Sequence record: MN276049.1
DNA from: Acinetobacter phage BS46
Direction: 5' to 3' (one strand)
Length of the DNA: 64,000 nt
The translations under genes were made by a program, and so were the position numbers. Shown piece after piece: positions 19,115-28,162 of this stretch. The notes below the pieces were generated by a model. The model saw only the letters and a list, made by a program, of their open reading frames with translations, made no database searches and was not told the DNA's origin. Within the stretch, counting starts at the first letter, position 1. Each line of letters starts with the position of its first letter.

Positions 19115-19311
19115 TGTCACAAGTAAATAACAATACAAATCATGGTGGTATCGGTTTTGTTGGTTTGTTAACAATTGTATTTATTACGCTGAAGTTAACA
19201 GGTGTTATTACATGGTCATGGTGGTTGGTATTTTTACCTATGATCATTTCTTTTGGTTTGTGGTTAATTATCATGTTATGTGTGTTGATTTATTTAGCAT
19301 CTAAAAAATGA
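19114..19311 (+). CDS. small membrane protein
   Basis: 65 aa, two hydrophobic helices. Confidence 0.45.
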   Translation: MSQVNNNTNHGGIGFVGLLTIVFITLKLTGVITWSWWLVFLPMIISFGLWLIIMLCVLIYLASKK

Positions 19312-19378
19312 TAACACTTTATATTTTAATTTTATTTTTATGGTTGTGTTATATTGATTTATTCACATAGGAGGGATA

Positions 19379-20320
19379 GTGTCAAAAAGAGATTACTCTT
19401 GTTATGATTTTGACAAGTTTGATTATAATAAGAAATATAATTTATATGTTGATATGGATACTTGTATATTCTCTGCTGCTGCTTCATGTGCAAAACAACC
19501 ATGTCAAGTTACACATAAGAAAACAGGAAGAACAAAAACATTCGAAAACTTTGATGCTTTCCAGAACTTCTTAGATCATGATGATAAAGGTAAGAACTTT
19601 ACAATAAATGACTTTGAAGTTCCAATTCTATATTTCGCATACGGAAACATAAACGCAAAAGTTGATGCTATCTTAGATAGAGAGTGGATTGATAAAGTTT
19701 CTTATTATGTTGGTGGGGTTGATAATTTCCGAAAAGGGGTGGATGAGAATTACAAAGGTAATCGAGCTGCAAAACCTTTATTACATAAGTATTGTTACTC
19801 ATACGCTGTTAAGAAATACAAACCAATTGTCTGTCACGGATATGAAGCGGAAGATCATTGTCTAGCAGACGCTTTAGCTGATGAGAATGGTGTTATATCT
19901 TGTGTTGATAAAGACCTGTTTAATCAATCAGCCTTCTTTTTAAACTACGGTTATCTTGATATGGGGGTATTCTGGATTTCACCAGAACAAGCTTTTTACA
20001 ATCTCTGTATTCAGTTGATGATTGGAGATAGAGGGACAGATAATATTAAAGGTATCGACTTTGTTTCACCAGAACTAAAAGAGAAGTATAAAGTATCAAC
20101 TAAGTCTATTGGTGAAGGAACAGCTAAGAAGTTATTAGAAGATGTAAAAGAATCTATTCCTGCAATGAAGAATCGTTTAGTAGATGTTTATAAGTTATCT
20201 TATGGTGATGGTTGGAAGGAAGCTTTAGATTTTACAGGTAAGTTAATTTACATAACACCAAAAAGAAATAAGATTTTCGATGTTAATGATTTCTTAGGGG
20301 ATGATGATAATGACACCTGA
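19379..20320 (+). CDS. 5'-3' exonuclease / flap endonuclease (FEN family)
   Basis: HGYEAEDHCLADALA matches GYEADD motif; SCVDKDLFNQ matches the GDKD motif; GTG start after GGAGGGA. Confidence 0.65.
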   Translation: MSKRDYSCYDFDKFDYNKKYNLYVDMDTCIFSAAASCAKQPCQVTHKKTGRTKTFENFDAFQNFLDHDDKGKNFTINDFEVPILYFAYGNINAKVDAILDREWIDKVSYYVGGVDNFRKGVDENYKGNRAAKPLLHKYCYSYAVKKYKPIVCHGYEAEDHCLADALADENGVISCVDKDLFNQSAFFLNYGYLDMGVFWISPEQAFYNLCIQLMIGDRGTDNIKGIDFVSPELKEKYKVSTKSIGEGTAKKLLEDVKESIPAMKNRLVDVYKLSYGDGWKEALDFTGKLIYITPKRNKIFDVNDFLGDDDNDT

Positions 20321-20879
20321 AGAAAAACTAGAAGAGATTCTTGAGAAGCACTCTGATATTTGGAATACAAAATCTAAATATTTAAGCTTTATACGTGGCG
20401 GTATTCGTAGAGGATGTTGGGAAAAACATCCTGTTAAGCTCCAGATCATTCTGGAGCGAAGAGTTCAAATTCCAAATCCAAACCCACGAGGTAATAAACC
20501 TACAGTATGGGGTTGTAAATGTGAACTTTGTGAAGGTTTGTTTAAACAATCTGATATTCAGGTAGATCATATTCGGTCACACTTTAGTAAATTCACAGAA
20601 ATTAACGATATCCAACAATTCGTTATTGATATGGTTATGGTTACAAAAGATGATTTACGTCTTGTTTGTAAAGAATGTCATGAAGTAGTGAGTCTTTCTC
20701 AGAAAGACGGTATTACATTCGAACAAGCTAAAATTAAAAAAGAGTTTATTAATATTTGTAAAGATAGTAATAAAGTTGTTGACCAACTTAAATCACTTGG
20801 AGTAGAATTAATACCTAAAACAAAGAAGGCTCAAAAGCAGCTTTTAGAGGAAATTATGTTGGGAGGAAGTAATGCCTAG
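20301..20879 (+). CDS. HNH-like endonuclease
   Basis: Cys pairs CKCELCEG ... VDHIRSH ... CKECHE. Confidence 0.45.
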   Translation: MMIMTPEEKLEEILEKHSDIWNTKSKYLSFIRGGIRRGCWEKHPVKLQIILERRVQIPNPNPRGNKPTVWGCKCELCEGLFKQSDIQVDHIRSHFSKFTEINDIQQFVIDMVMVTKDDLRLVCKECHEVVSLSQKDGITFEQAKIKKEFINICKDSNKVVDQLKSLGVELIPKTKKAQKQLLEEIMLGGSNA

Positions 20880-21177
20880 TTTATTTGTTAAATTAGAAGA
20901 TTTTGAAGATGTTGAATATGCTCGTATCGACCCGATTGAGGGTGATAAGTGGCAGATGATTGAAGAAGGTGATTGGATTTCTGATGGTAAGTATGACACA
21001 CAAACAAGTGTTGTTAAATGCACTTTCACTGGAAAGTATTACGAGTATACTTTGAGTCGATCAGGAAGTTATTCCTCAGAATACTATTACCCACACCGAG
21101 ATGCTGGTGGTGTTAATTTACATGAAGTAATTCCAGTTGAAAAGACTGTCGTTATTACTGAATGGAAACTTGTATAA
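20872..21177 (+). CDS. hypothetical protein
   Basis: 101 aa ORF. Confidence 0.4.
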   Translation: MPSLFVKLEDFEDVEYARIDPIEGDKWQMIEEGDWISDGKYDTQTSVVKCTFTGKYYEYTLSRSGSYSSEYYYPHRDAGGVNLHEVIPVEKTVVITEWKLV

Positions 21178-21201
21178 TTTATTTATTATTGGAGATTTAA
21201 A

Positions 21202-21504
21202 ATGACTGATTTAAAAACTATTGAACAAAACGAAAACAAAACATTTGATGAGATTATTGCTAAACCAGAAGGTCGAAAGCAGTTTGTCGAAGCTATCCAT
21301 AATTTAGCTCGTCAGAAAGTCTCTGTACAGCGATCACAGGAGATTTTGAAGGATGATGTATCAGTAGTAGCGGATGCATTTAAACTTAGTAAGACGGAAG
21401 TTAACAAGCTTGTGGAAGCTCAATTGAAGGACGATATTGAAGGTAGTGTTGAGAAACTAGAATCACTGATTGATAAATATCAAATTCTATTAGATGAGCA
21501 GTAA
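21202..21504 (+). CDS. hypothetical protein
   Basis: 100 aa ORF with RBS. Confidence 0.4.
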   Translation: MTDLKTIEQNENKTFDEIIAKPEGRKQFVEAIHNLARQKVSVQRSQEILKDDVSVVADAFKLSKTEVNKLVEAQLKDDIEGSVEKLESLIDKYQILLDEQ

Positions 21505-22262
21505 TGAGAATTTGCAAGGATAATTTTATAGGTAAAGAGTTCTTAACTAATAACAACGGTAGTTGTTTCATAATCGATTATGATAATGAATTAAACGTTA
21601 CAGTGATTTTTCATAAAACATTGTTTATTAAGAACTCAACAATGAAGCAACTAAAAAGAGGTGCGGTGAGAGATCCGTTTCACCCCAATAGTAGAAAGTT
21701 AGGGGTTGGTGTTGTTGATGTTCGAGCGGTTAAAGATGGTGTTCGTGATCTTGAGTTTAAATATTGGTCATCTATGATTGAAAGATGTTATAGTCCAAGC
21801 TATCATAACGCACAACCTACTTATGCGGATTGTTGTGTTGAAGGTGAGTGGTTAATTTATTCTATCTTTAAAAAAGATGTTCAAGATATGATTGGATTTG
21901 GACAGGAGGGTTGGCACTTGGATAAAGATATTCTTCTTAAAGGCAACAAGAAATATTCAAAAGACACTTGTTGTTTTGTACCAAGAGAAATAAACTCTTT
22001 CTTTAATGTAAAAAGAATATCTAGAGGTGATTTTCCTGTCGGTGTAAGTTTAAAAAAAGAAACAGGAAAATTTGTTTCCCATATATCTATAGATTCAAAT
22101 CGAATTTCGTTAGGTACTTACATGACACCTGAAGAAGCCTTCTATGCTTACAAGAAAGCTAAAGAAGGTTATGCTAAAGAATTAGCTTACAAATGGAAAG
22201 ATCAAATTGACCCTAGAGCTTTTGAAGCTTTAATAAATTATGAGGTAGATATTAATGAATAA
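21504..22262 (+). CDS. AP2-domain DNA-binding protein, probable free-standing homing endonuclease
   Basis: C-terminal ISRGDFPVGVSLKKETGKFVSHISIDSNRISLGTYMTPEEAFYAYKKAKE resembles AP2 domain common in phage HNH homing endonucleases. Confidence 0.5.
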   Translation: MRICKDNFIGKEFLTNNNGSCFIIDYDNELNVTVIFHKTLFIKNSTMKQLKRGAVRDPFHPNSRKLGVGVVDVRAVKDGVRDLEFKYWSSMIERCYSPSYHNAQPTYADCCVEGEWLIYSIFKKDVQDMIGFGQEGWHLDKDILLKGNKKYSKDTCCFVPREINSFFNVKRISRGDFPVGVSLKKETGKFVSHISIDSNRISLGTYMTPEEAFYAYKKAKEGYAKELAYKWKDQIDPRAFEALINYEVDINE

Positions 22263-22506
22263 ACCACTAGAAGTAACATTGTCTGATTTCTTACCAACAA
22301 CAGAAGAGCTTGAAAAGTTCTATTTGGTGTATAAGAATCACGAGAATCTTCTAAGTATTGACATCAAGGAGGAAGACGAAAGTCTTCTCTCTGCTTATGA
22401 TGAATTCTTTGAAGGTAAAGATATGGATGCTGAGTTATTGTTTAATGCTTTATTTATTTCAAAATTATTCTATGAATCAATTAACCATGTGGAGATTGTT
22501 GAATGA
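22255..22506 (+). CDS. hypothetical protein
   Basis: 83 aa ORF. Confidence 0.4.
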   Translation: MNKPLEVTLSDFLPTTEELEKFYLVYKNHENLLSIDIKEEDESLLSAYDEFFEGKDMDAELLFNALFISKLFYESINHVEIVE

Positions 22507-22673
22507 GTAAGTTTAAGGAGAATGTTGGTAGTATTGTAATGCCGTCAGAATGGTCGAGTGAAATGCAAGGTACTATTCTTACTTATATTGAGTTATTTTA
22601 TAATCGAGGTTACAATGCTGGTTATGAAGATGGTGTAAAAGATATTACGGGTCATAATGAGGATGAAGAATGA
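22503..22673 (+). CDS. hypothetical small protein (56 aa)
   Basis: ATGA overlaps at both ends; not in ORF track. Confidence 0.35.
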   Translation: MSKFKENVGSIVMPSEWSSEMQGTILTYIELFYNRGYNAGYEDGVKDITGHNEDEE

Positions 22674-22876
22674 GTGTATATTGGTTTACTGTTCCTATTA
22701 AGGGTGAGGAAACCTTCGCTGTGGAAGCTAATTCATTAGAAGAAGCTTTAGAGAGAGTGACTAAAGGAGAATACGTATCAGAACCTGAGATTCGAGATGT
22801 TGATTGGGATTTTGATTGGAGACCGGCAAAAGAGTGTTTATCAAATTGTGTATGTTCAATTGAGGAAAATGAATGA
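22670..22876 (+). CDS. hypothetical protein
   Basis: 68 aa ORF. Confidence 0.4.
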   Translation: MSVYWFTVPIKGEETFAVEANSLEEALERVTKGEYVSEPEIRDVDWDFDWRPAKECLSNCVCSIEENE

Positions 22877-23844
22877 AAGATTGGCAAATTAAAGCTCTTG
22901 AGTATCGAGAACAAGGGTTATCATCAAGAAAGATTTGTGAGAAGTTAGGTTGGAGAAAAACACAGAAGAGTTCTGTCAACGATTTTTTCGCACGACACGA
23001 TGCAGAACAACAAGCTGTTGACGTTCTATTGAATAAAAATCAGAAAATCTTATATATTGATATTGAAAAGACTTTTGCTTTTTCTGGGCATTTTTCACAA
23101 TGGGGTGTCAATTTAGCTCAAGAGGCGAAGTTAAAAGAGAGTTACATTCTTTCTTTTTCTTATGCGTGGGGTGATGGAGATATTCACAGTGAGGTTTTAA
23201 AAGCAGAAGCAATTCGAGGTGATTTACTTCGATCTATTGTGCAGAATGATGTAACAACAGATATTGATTTTGATTTGGTTCTAAAAATTTGGCATTTATT
23301 AGATCAGGCAAATGTAGTTGTAGCTCACAATGGTCGTGGTTATGATATTAAGGAAATTAATGCAGCATTCCTTCGTTATAACTTACCTTTACCATCCCCT
23401 TATAAAGTTATTGATACATTGAGTATTGCTAAGAAGATGTTTAGAACACCTTTTAAGAGTCTAAAATATTTAGCACAATATTTAAATGTAACTCAGAAAA
23501 TTAGTAATGATGGTAATAAATTCTGGAAGCTTGCCTCTATTGGTTATTCGGATGAAATTTTAGAAGAGATGGCTGCCTATAACCGAGGTGATATACAAAC
23601 CCTTCGGGAAGTGTATTTAAAATTAAGAGGGTATTCAAATGATGGGGTCAATCTTGCTACATTTAATGATAGTTCTGAATTGGCATGTCCTAATTGCGGG
23701 CATCATAACGTATCTAAGTTGAATAAGTTAGCAACTACTACTAGATACCAATACGAAGCATATCGTTGTGGTAATTGTGGTGCTGTTAGTAGAGCAACAA
23801 ACTTACGTGGTGAAACTAAAGCTTTGACAACGGTGTCTAAATGA
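22873..23844 (+). CDS. DnaQ-like (DEDDh) 3'-5' exonuclease with C-terminal zinc ribbon
   Basis: ILYIDIEKT (Exo I), VVAHNGRGYDI (Exo II/III-like), C-terminal CPNCGHH...CGNCG. Confidence 0.55.
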   Translation: MKDWQIKALEYREQGLSSRKICEKLGWRKTQKSSVNDFFARHDAEQQAVDVLLNKNQKILYIDIEKTFAFSGHFSQWGVNLAQEAKLKESYILSFSYAWGDGDIHSEVLKAEAIRGDLLRSIVQNDVTTDIDFDLVLKIWHLLDQANVVVAHNGRGYDIKEINAAFLRYNLPLPSPYKVIDTLSIAKKMFRTPFKSLKYLAQYLNVTQKISNDGNKFWKLASIGYSDEILEEMAAYNRGDIQTLREVYLKLRGYSNDGVNLATFNDSSELACPNCGHHNVSKLNKLATTTRYQYEAYRCGNCGAVSRATNLRGETKALTTVSK

Positions 23845-24068
23845 TAAAATTTCTAGAGAAAGAAAATATTTTTGATATTGTAGAGGATTTCAAAAACTAT
23901 GTATGGGCTGAGTCAGAGACTTCTGGTCGGTGTGCAGTACACACGTATTGGAACGTTTCTTGTGATAAACTTGTAATTGAGAAAGTTGGTTGCGAGTATT
24001 CGGTTACTTTAAATGGTAAAGTGATATACACGTATGTTAATGTTCTAGAAGCTATAGAGGTTTTATAA
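23841..24068 (+). CDS. hypothetical protein
   Basis: 75 aa ORF. Confidence 0.4.
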   Translation: MIKFLEKENIFDIVEDFKNYVWAESETSGRCAVHTYWNVSCDKLVIEKVGCEYSVTLNGKVIYTYVNVLEAIEVL

Positions 24069-24069
24069 G

Positions 24070-24339
24070 ATGGAAGTTAAAGTTAAGTCTAAAGTAACTG
24101 AGGTTGATATCAATTCTAAAATCCTTCAACTGAAAGGTTTGACACGGATGAATACTCATACAATAAGTATGGAGAGAACATTTGGTCGTTATGGGTTGTA
24201 TTCACAAGTTGTTGAACTGTTAATCTTTGATGAAGATTTAGGTCAAGTCAAGATCGAGATTAAATCTGAAGGTGTTGTTCAAAATGAGAACTTGCAAAAA
24301 CTTATTGAAGGTATATTCAGGCTTAAAAACTCTGACTAA
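24070..24339 (+). CDS. hypothetical protein
   Basis: 89 aa ORF. Confidence 0.4.
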   Translation: MEVKVKSKVTEVDINSKILQLKGLTRMNTHTISMERTFGRYGLYSQVVELLIFDEDLGQVKIEIKSEGVVQNENLQKLIEGIFRLKNSD

Positions 24340-24375
24340 AATAACAACACTTAGACTTTAAATTGAAAATAAATC

Positions 24376-24404
24376 TTGACACATTCTAGTTGGTGTGTCA
24401 TTAT
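24376..24404 (+). promoter_or_regulatory. promoter for tRNA gene
   Basis: TTGACA N17 CATTAT, 12 nt upstream of tRNA 5' end. Confidence 0.5.
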
Positions 24405-24416
24405 TCATCTCATAAA

Positions 24417-24493
24417 GCGCTGTTAGCTCAGTTGGATAGAGCATTCGCCTTCTAAGTGAATGGTCACAGGTTCAAGTCCTGTACAGCGCGCCA
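24417..24493 (+). tRNA. tRNA-Arg (anticodon UCU), CCA encoded
   Basis: Cloverleaf: acceptor GCGCTGT/ACAGCGC, D-arm GCTC-AGTTGGATA-GAGC, anticodon stem TTCGC/GTGAA with loop CTTCTAA, T-arm ACAGG-TTCAAGT-CCTGT, discriminator G + CCA. Confidence 0.85.
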
Positions 24494-24628
24494 AATTAAT
24501 TATTATAATTTAATACAGGTCGTGTAGCTTAAAGAAAGCAGGTGGATTTATAAACCATTTCCCTAGATAAGGGCTTGATTCGGGGGCAGTACCCGACACG
24601 ACTACCAAATCAATGTAGGAGAGAAGAG

Positions 24629-25279
24629 TTGGTAAATAATGTTGAGCAATATAAAAGTATTTTGAATAAAGCGTTACAATCTGCAATATTATTAAATAAA
24701 ATTATTCGTGGTAAAGCAGTAGAAGAATATACAAAAGAAGAATTAGAAGAAGCAATTTTCACTCAGTCTAATGTCGTAACAAAAGAAGAAATTATTGAGT
24801 GGATTGATAACTATGGATTAGATTTAGTAGAAGAAATTGATGGTGCTGTTGATGTTATTTATACACTTTCTTATTTGCACTATTTAATTGAAGAAGCTAA
24901 GAAACGTGAAGGTATTATTGTTAATTATAAGCACACAAACTTAATTTTAGCTGTTGGTAATTTTGTATTGTCTAATCTACCTACCGATGTGGATGGTAGT
25001 TATAACGTTCTTGAAAAAGCTGTTGATCGTATTATTGAAAATAATATGTCAAAAGTAACAACAGATGTTGATTATTTCAGAACATGGGTGTCACCAAAAG
25101 GAGAAAATTTATTCCCTAAATCTACAGTGGTCGATGGTGTTCGTTATTATCTTCTTGTTAATGAAAATGGTAAGTGTCGTAAACCTGAACATTTTGTTGG
25201 TGTTGACTTGGAGGATTTAGCTGAAGAGCTAACAGAGCAATATATGAATATGGAAATTAAAGATGAAAAAGAAGATTAA
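24629..25279 (+). CDS. putative MazG-like nucleoside triphosphate pyrophosphohydrolase
   Basis: KEELEEA and LVEEIDGAVDVIYTLSYL resemble the EExxE...D helices of all-alpha NTP-PPases; start TTG 24629 after AGGAGAG (track start 24575 is TTG without SD). Confidence 0.35.
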   Translation: MVNNVEQYKSILNKALQSAILLNKIIRGKAVEEYTKEELEEAIFTQSNVVTKEEIIEWIDNYGLDLVEEIDGAVDVIYTLSYLHYLIEEAKKREGIIVNYKHTNLILAVGNFVLSNLPTDVDGSYNVLEKAVDRIIENNMSKVTTDVDYFRTWVSPKGENLFPKSTVVDGVRYYLLVNENGKCRKPEHFVGVDLEDLAEELTEQYMNMEIKDEKED

Positions 25280-25691
25280 AGAAGATAAAATACAACATCG
25301 TGTTGGGGTGTTTGCTACAGAGAGTGATTTAAAAAATGCTGATGTTGCTTTTCTTGCTGTTCAATGTGGATTGATTAAACCAGAAAATTACATGATTGTA
25401 GAGAAAGAAGTTGGTGAGGGTGATGATAAAAAAGTTGTTAAAGAACTTATTGTCACCAATTACACAGAAGAATCAATTCAAGCTATTCTTAAAAACTTAT
25501 TTGGTTTTAGGAATGGATGGTATGAAGTTGAAGTTGTTGAAAAACAAAAAACATTATTGACAGGTCAGATTGTTCTCAATGAGAAACGATATACTGGTTT
25601 GGAGAGAGAAGATAAAGCTTGGGTAAGCAGTAGAATGTGTTCAGATCAAATGAAGACTGCTGTACTGTTTGGTAGTCACGGAGAGATTTGA
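25263..25691 (+). CDS. hypothetical protein
   Basis: 142 aa ORF. Confidence 0.4.
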   Translation: MKKKIKEDKIQHRVGVFATESDLKNADVAFLAVQCGLIKPENYMIVEKEVGEGDDKKVVKELIVTNYTEESIQAILKNLFGFRNGWYEVEVVEKQKTLLTGQIVLNEKRYTGLEREDKAWVSSRMCSDQMKTAVLFGSHGEI

Positions 25692-25945
25692 TGTTCTATG
25701 TATTTGTGTTATACTTACTTGTTGGTGTAGTGTTAACAACTTTATTAGTGAAGAATGTTGAAGATAATAAAGAAGAGTTTCGTGAGTTTGTTGGTAATGA
25801 TGCAACAGTAGATCATTACTTTAAATTCAAAGGTGTTTACTTTTCTATCTTAATTTTCATTACACCAATTTGGACACTGTGGAAATTAACAGAGATGTTA
25901 GTAGTTTGGATTTATAGTTTAATTTTTAAACGAGGTAATAAGTGA
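25688..25945 (+). CDS. small membrane protein
   Basis: 85 aa, two TM helices. Confidence 0.4.
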   Translation: MMFYVFVLYLLVGVVLTTLLVKNVEDNKEEFREFVGNDATVDHYFKFKGVYFSILIFITPIWTLWKLTEMLVVWIYSLIFKRGNK

Positions 25946-28119
25946 AAGTTGTAAAACGTAACGGAAAGCTTGAAGAGTATAATTGTAAGAAAATTAAGAA
26001 AGCGATTACGTTTGCTTGTGATGGTTTGGAAGTAAATCCTTTGGAGTTGGAAGCTAAGTTTGACGAATTCTTGTTCGATGGTGTTACGACTAAAGCCATT
26101 CAAGATAATCTTATCCATCATGCTAAAAACTTAGCGTCACCATTAAATGATGCATGGTTATTAGTAGCTGGTCGTCTTGCTACGATGAATCGTTGGAATG
26201 ATACCCGTGCTTATGAGTTATCATTTCTTGATTACTTTAAAAAGCAGCAAGCAACAGGTGAGTGGTCTCATGAGAAGTTTGATGTTTACAGTGAAGAAGA
26301 TATTGTTAAGATTGGAACTTTCTTGAAGAAAGAGAATGATCTACAACACACTATTGCTTCTGTTGAAACAGCAGAGAGTAAGTATCTTGGTAAGAATGAG
26401 TGTATTCAGCATGTCTTACTTGGTAATGCAATGCTTTATGCTAGTGTTGAGGAAGAGAGTATTCGTTTATATTGGGTAGAACATTTTTATAATTACCTAA
26501 GTAGTTTAGAGTGGTCATTAGCATCTCCTCAGTTAATGAATATGCGTAGAGGATTAAATAATGCCTCTTGCTTCATTATCGCACCTGATGATGATATTAA
26601 TAGTATCTACGATGCGTTTAAAGATGTTGCTAAGATTTCAAAGAGTGGGGGAGGTTTAGGCTTCTTTGCTGGATTGATTCGAGCTAAAGGAAGTAAACTG
26701 ATGGGACAAGATGACGCTTCTGGTGGTGTTGTTCCTATGCTTAAAGTGTTTAATGATACTTTAGTGTATGTTAACCAAGCAGGTAAGAGAAAAGGCGCTG
26801 GAACAGCAGCGTTACCGATTTGGCATAATGACATTCTAGACTTCCTTGATATTCAGACAGAGGTCGGTGATCCACGTAGTAAATGTTTTGATATCCAACC
26901 TCAAGTAACAATCTTTGATTTGTTCATGAAGAAACTGGAAGAAGATAAAACACAAACTTGGTTGACTTTCTGTCCTCATGAAGTTAAAGAAGTTCTCGGT
27001 ATTAACATTGGCTACTTGTTTAATGAAGAATTCGAAGAAGCATATTCAGAGATTGAAAAAGCGTATGCTGAAGGAAAGCTGAAAGTTGTAACAGAGCACG
27101 TTGTTAATGACTTATGGAAACACTTATTAATGGTGTTCTTTGAGCGTGGTAGACCTTATCCAATCTTTATAGATAAGATTAACCGTGATAACCCTAATAA
27201 ACATGATGGTGTTATTTTTTGTGTGAATTTATGTATTGAATCGTTTAGTAATACATTACCAGATTATTATGCTCATACTTGTTCTTTAGCTTCTTTAGTT
27301 GTTGGTCGAATCCCCGTAAACAAGTTATCAGACAGTGCTTCTGATTTGACACGCTTATTAAGTAATGGTATGGAGATTACAACAGCACCTATTAAGCAGT
27401 CATTAAATCATATGAGAGATTACCGTACAATTGGTATTGGTATTCAAGGAATGGCAGACATTCTTGCTCGTGAGGGTAGAACATATGAAGATTTAGATTT
27501 CATTACTGAGGTAGCAGAACGTATTCAATTTGGTTTTGTTCGTGAGAGTATTAAGTTAGCTAAAGAACGTGGTGCTTATCCTAAGTTTAAAGGTTCTCGT
27601 TGGGATGTTGGGGATATCTTTGATGAATATCATAAGAACAGTGTGTGTCCTGACTTGGATTGGTTAGAGTTGAAACGCCTGTGTAAGTTGTATGGTATTT
27701 ACAGTAGTCAAGGTACAAGCCCTGCACCCAACACAAGTACCTCATTGTTTATGATGGCTGCTGCTGGATTTATGCCACATTATGCTGAATACTTCTACGA
27801 AGACAACAAGGATGGTAAGACTCCAGTTTCATCTATGTATTTAAATGAAAACCCGATTTTCTACAGTTTCTCAATCGGTTATTTCAAGCAATACGAATTG
27901 ACTAAAGCTGTAGGAGCTGCTCAGAAGTTCGTTGATACAGGTATCTCTGCTGAGTATGTGATGGATCGTAATATACATGAGATTACAGCATCGGATATTG
28001 ATAAACTTGTTAAAGACGCTTGGCGTAACGGAAACAAAGGTGTATACTACCTACGTACTGTTAAGAAAGGTGAAAGTCTTGTTAAGACTGATGATGCTTG
28101 TTTAGCATGTGCTGGTTAA
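25942..28119 (+). CDS. nrdA: ribonucleoside-diphosphate reductase large subunit (class I)
   Basis: N-terminal ATP-cone VVKRNGKLEEYNCKKIKKAI; active-site VNLCIESF; C-terminal CLAC redox pair; GTG start after GAGG. Confidence 0.85.
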   Translation: MKVVKRNGKLEEYNCKKIKKAITFACDGLEVNPLELEAKFDEFLFDGVTTKAIQDNLIHHAKNLASPLNDAWLLVAGRLATMNRWNDTRAYELSFLDYFKKQQATGEWSHEKFDVYSEEDIVKIGTFLKKENDLQHTIASVETAESKYLGKNECIQHVLLGNAMLYASVEEESIRLYWVEHFYNYLSSLEWSLASPQLMNMRRGLNNASCFIIAPDDDINSIYDAFKDVAKISKSGGGLGFFAGLIRAKGSKLMGQDDASGGVVPMLKVFNDTLVYVNQAGKRKGAGTAALPIWHNDILDFLDIQTEVGDPRSKCFDIQPQVTIFDLFMKKLEEDKTQTWLTFCPHEVKEVLGINIGYLFNEEFEEAYSEIEKAYAEGKLKVVTEHVVNDLWKHLLMVFFERGRPYPIFIDKINRDNPNKHDGVIFCVNLCIESFSNTLPDYYAHTCSLASLVVGRIPVNKLSDSASDLTRLLSNGMEITTAPIKQSLNHMRDYRTIGIGIQGMADILAREGRTYEDLDFITEVAERIQFGFVRESIKLAKERGAYPKFKGSRWDVGDIFDEYHKNSVCPDLDWLELKRLCKLYGIYSSQGTSPAPNTSTSLFMMAAAGFMPHYAEYFYEDNKDGKTPVSSMYLNENPIFYSFSIGYFKQYELTKAVGAAQKFVDTGISAEYVMDRNIHEITASDIDKLVKDAWRNGNKGVYYLRTVKKGESLVKTDDACLACAG

Positions 28120-28125
28120 TATATG

Positions 28126-28153
28126 GCAGGGTTAATTCCCTGCTTTTATTTTC
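28126..28153 (+). terminator. intrinsic terminator between nrdA and nrdB
   Basis: GCAGGG-TTAATT-CCCTGC + TTTTATTTT. Confidence 0.55.
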
Positions 28154-28162
28154 GGAGAAATA

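Noticed and set aside
24518-24607. Possible second, degenerate tRNA after tRNA-Arg: GTCGTGT at 24519-24525 is perfectly complementary to ACACGAC at 24596-24602, followed by TACCA, with a D-arm-like GCTT-AAAGA-AAGC
   Set aside because: No anticodon or T-arm with canonical loop sizes or the TTC motif can be formed. The local hairpin CGGG-GGCAGTA-CCCG is better explained as an RNA stem inside the 5' region of the next gene.
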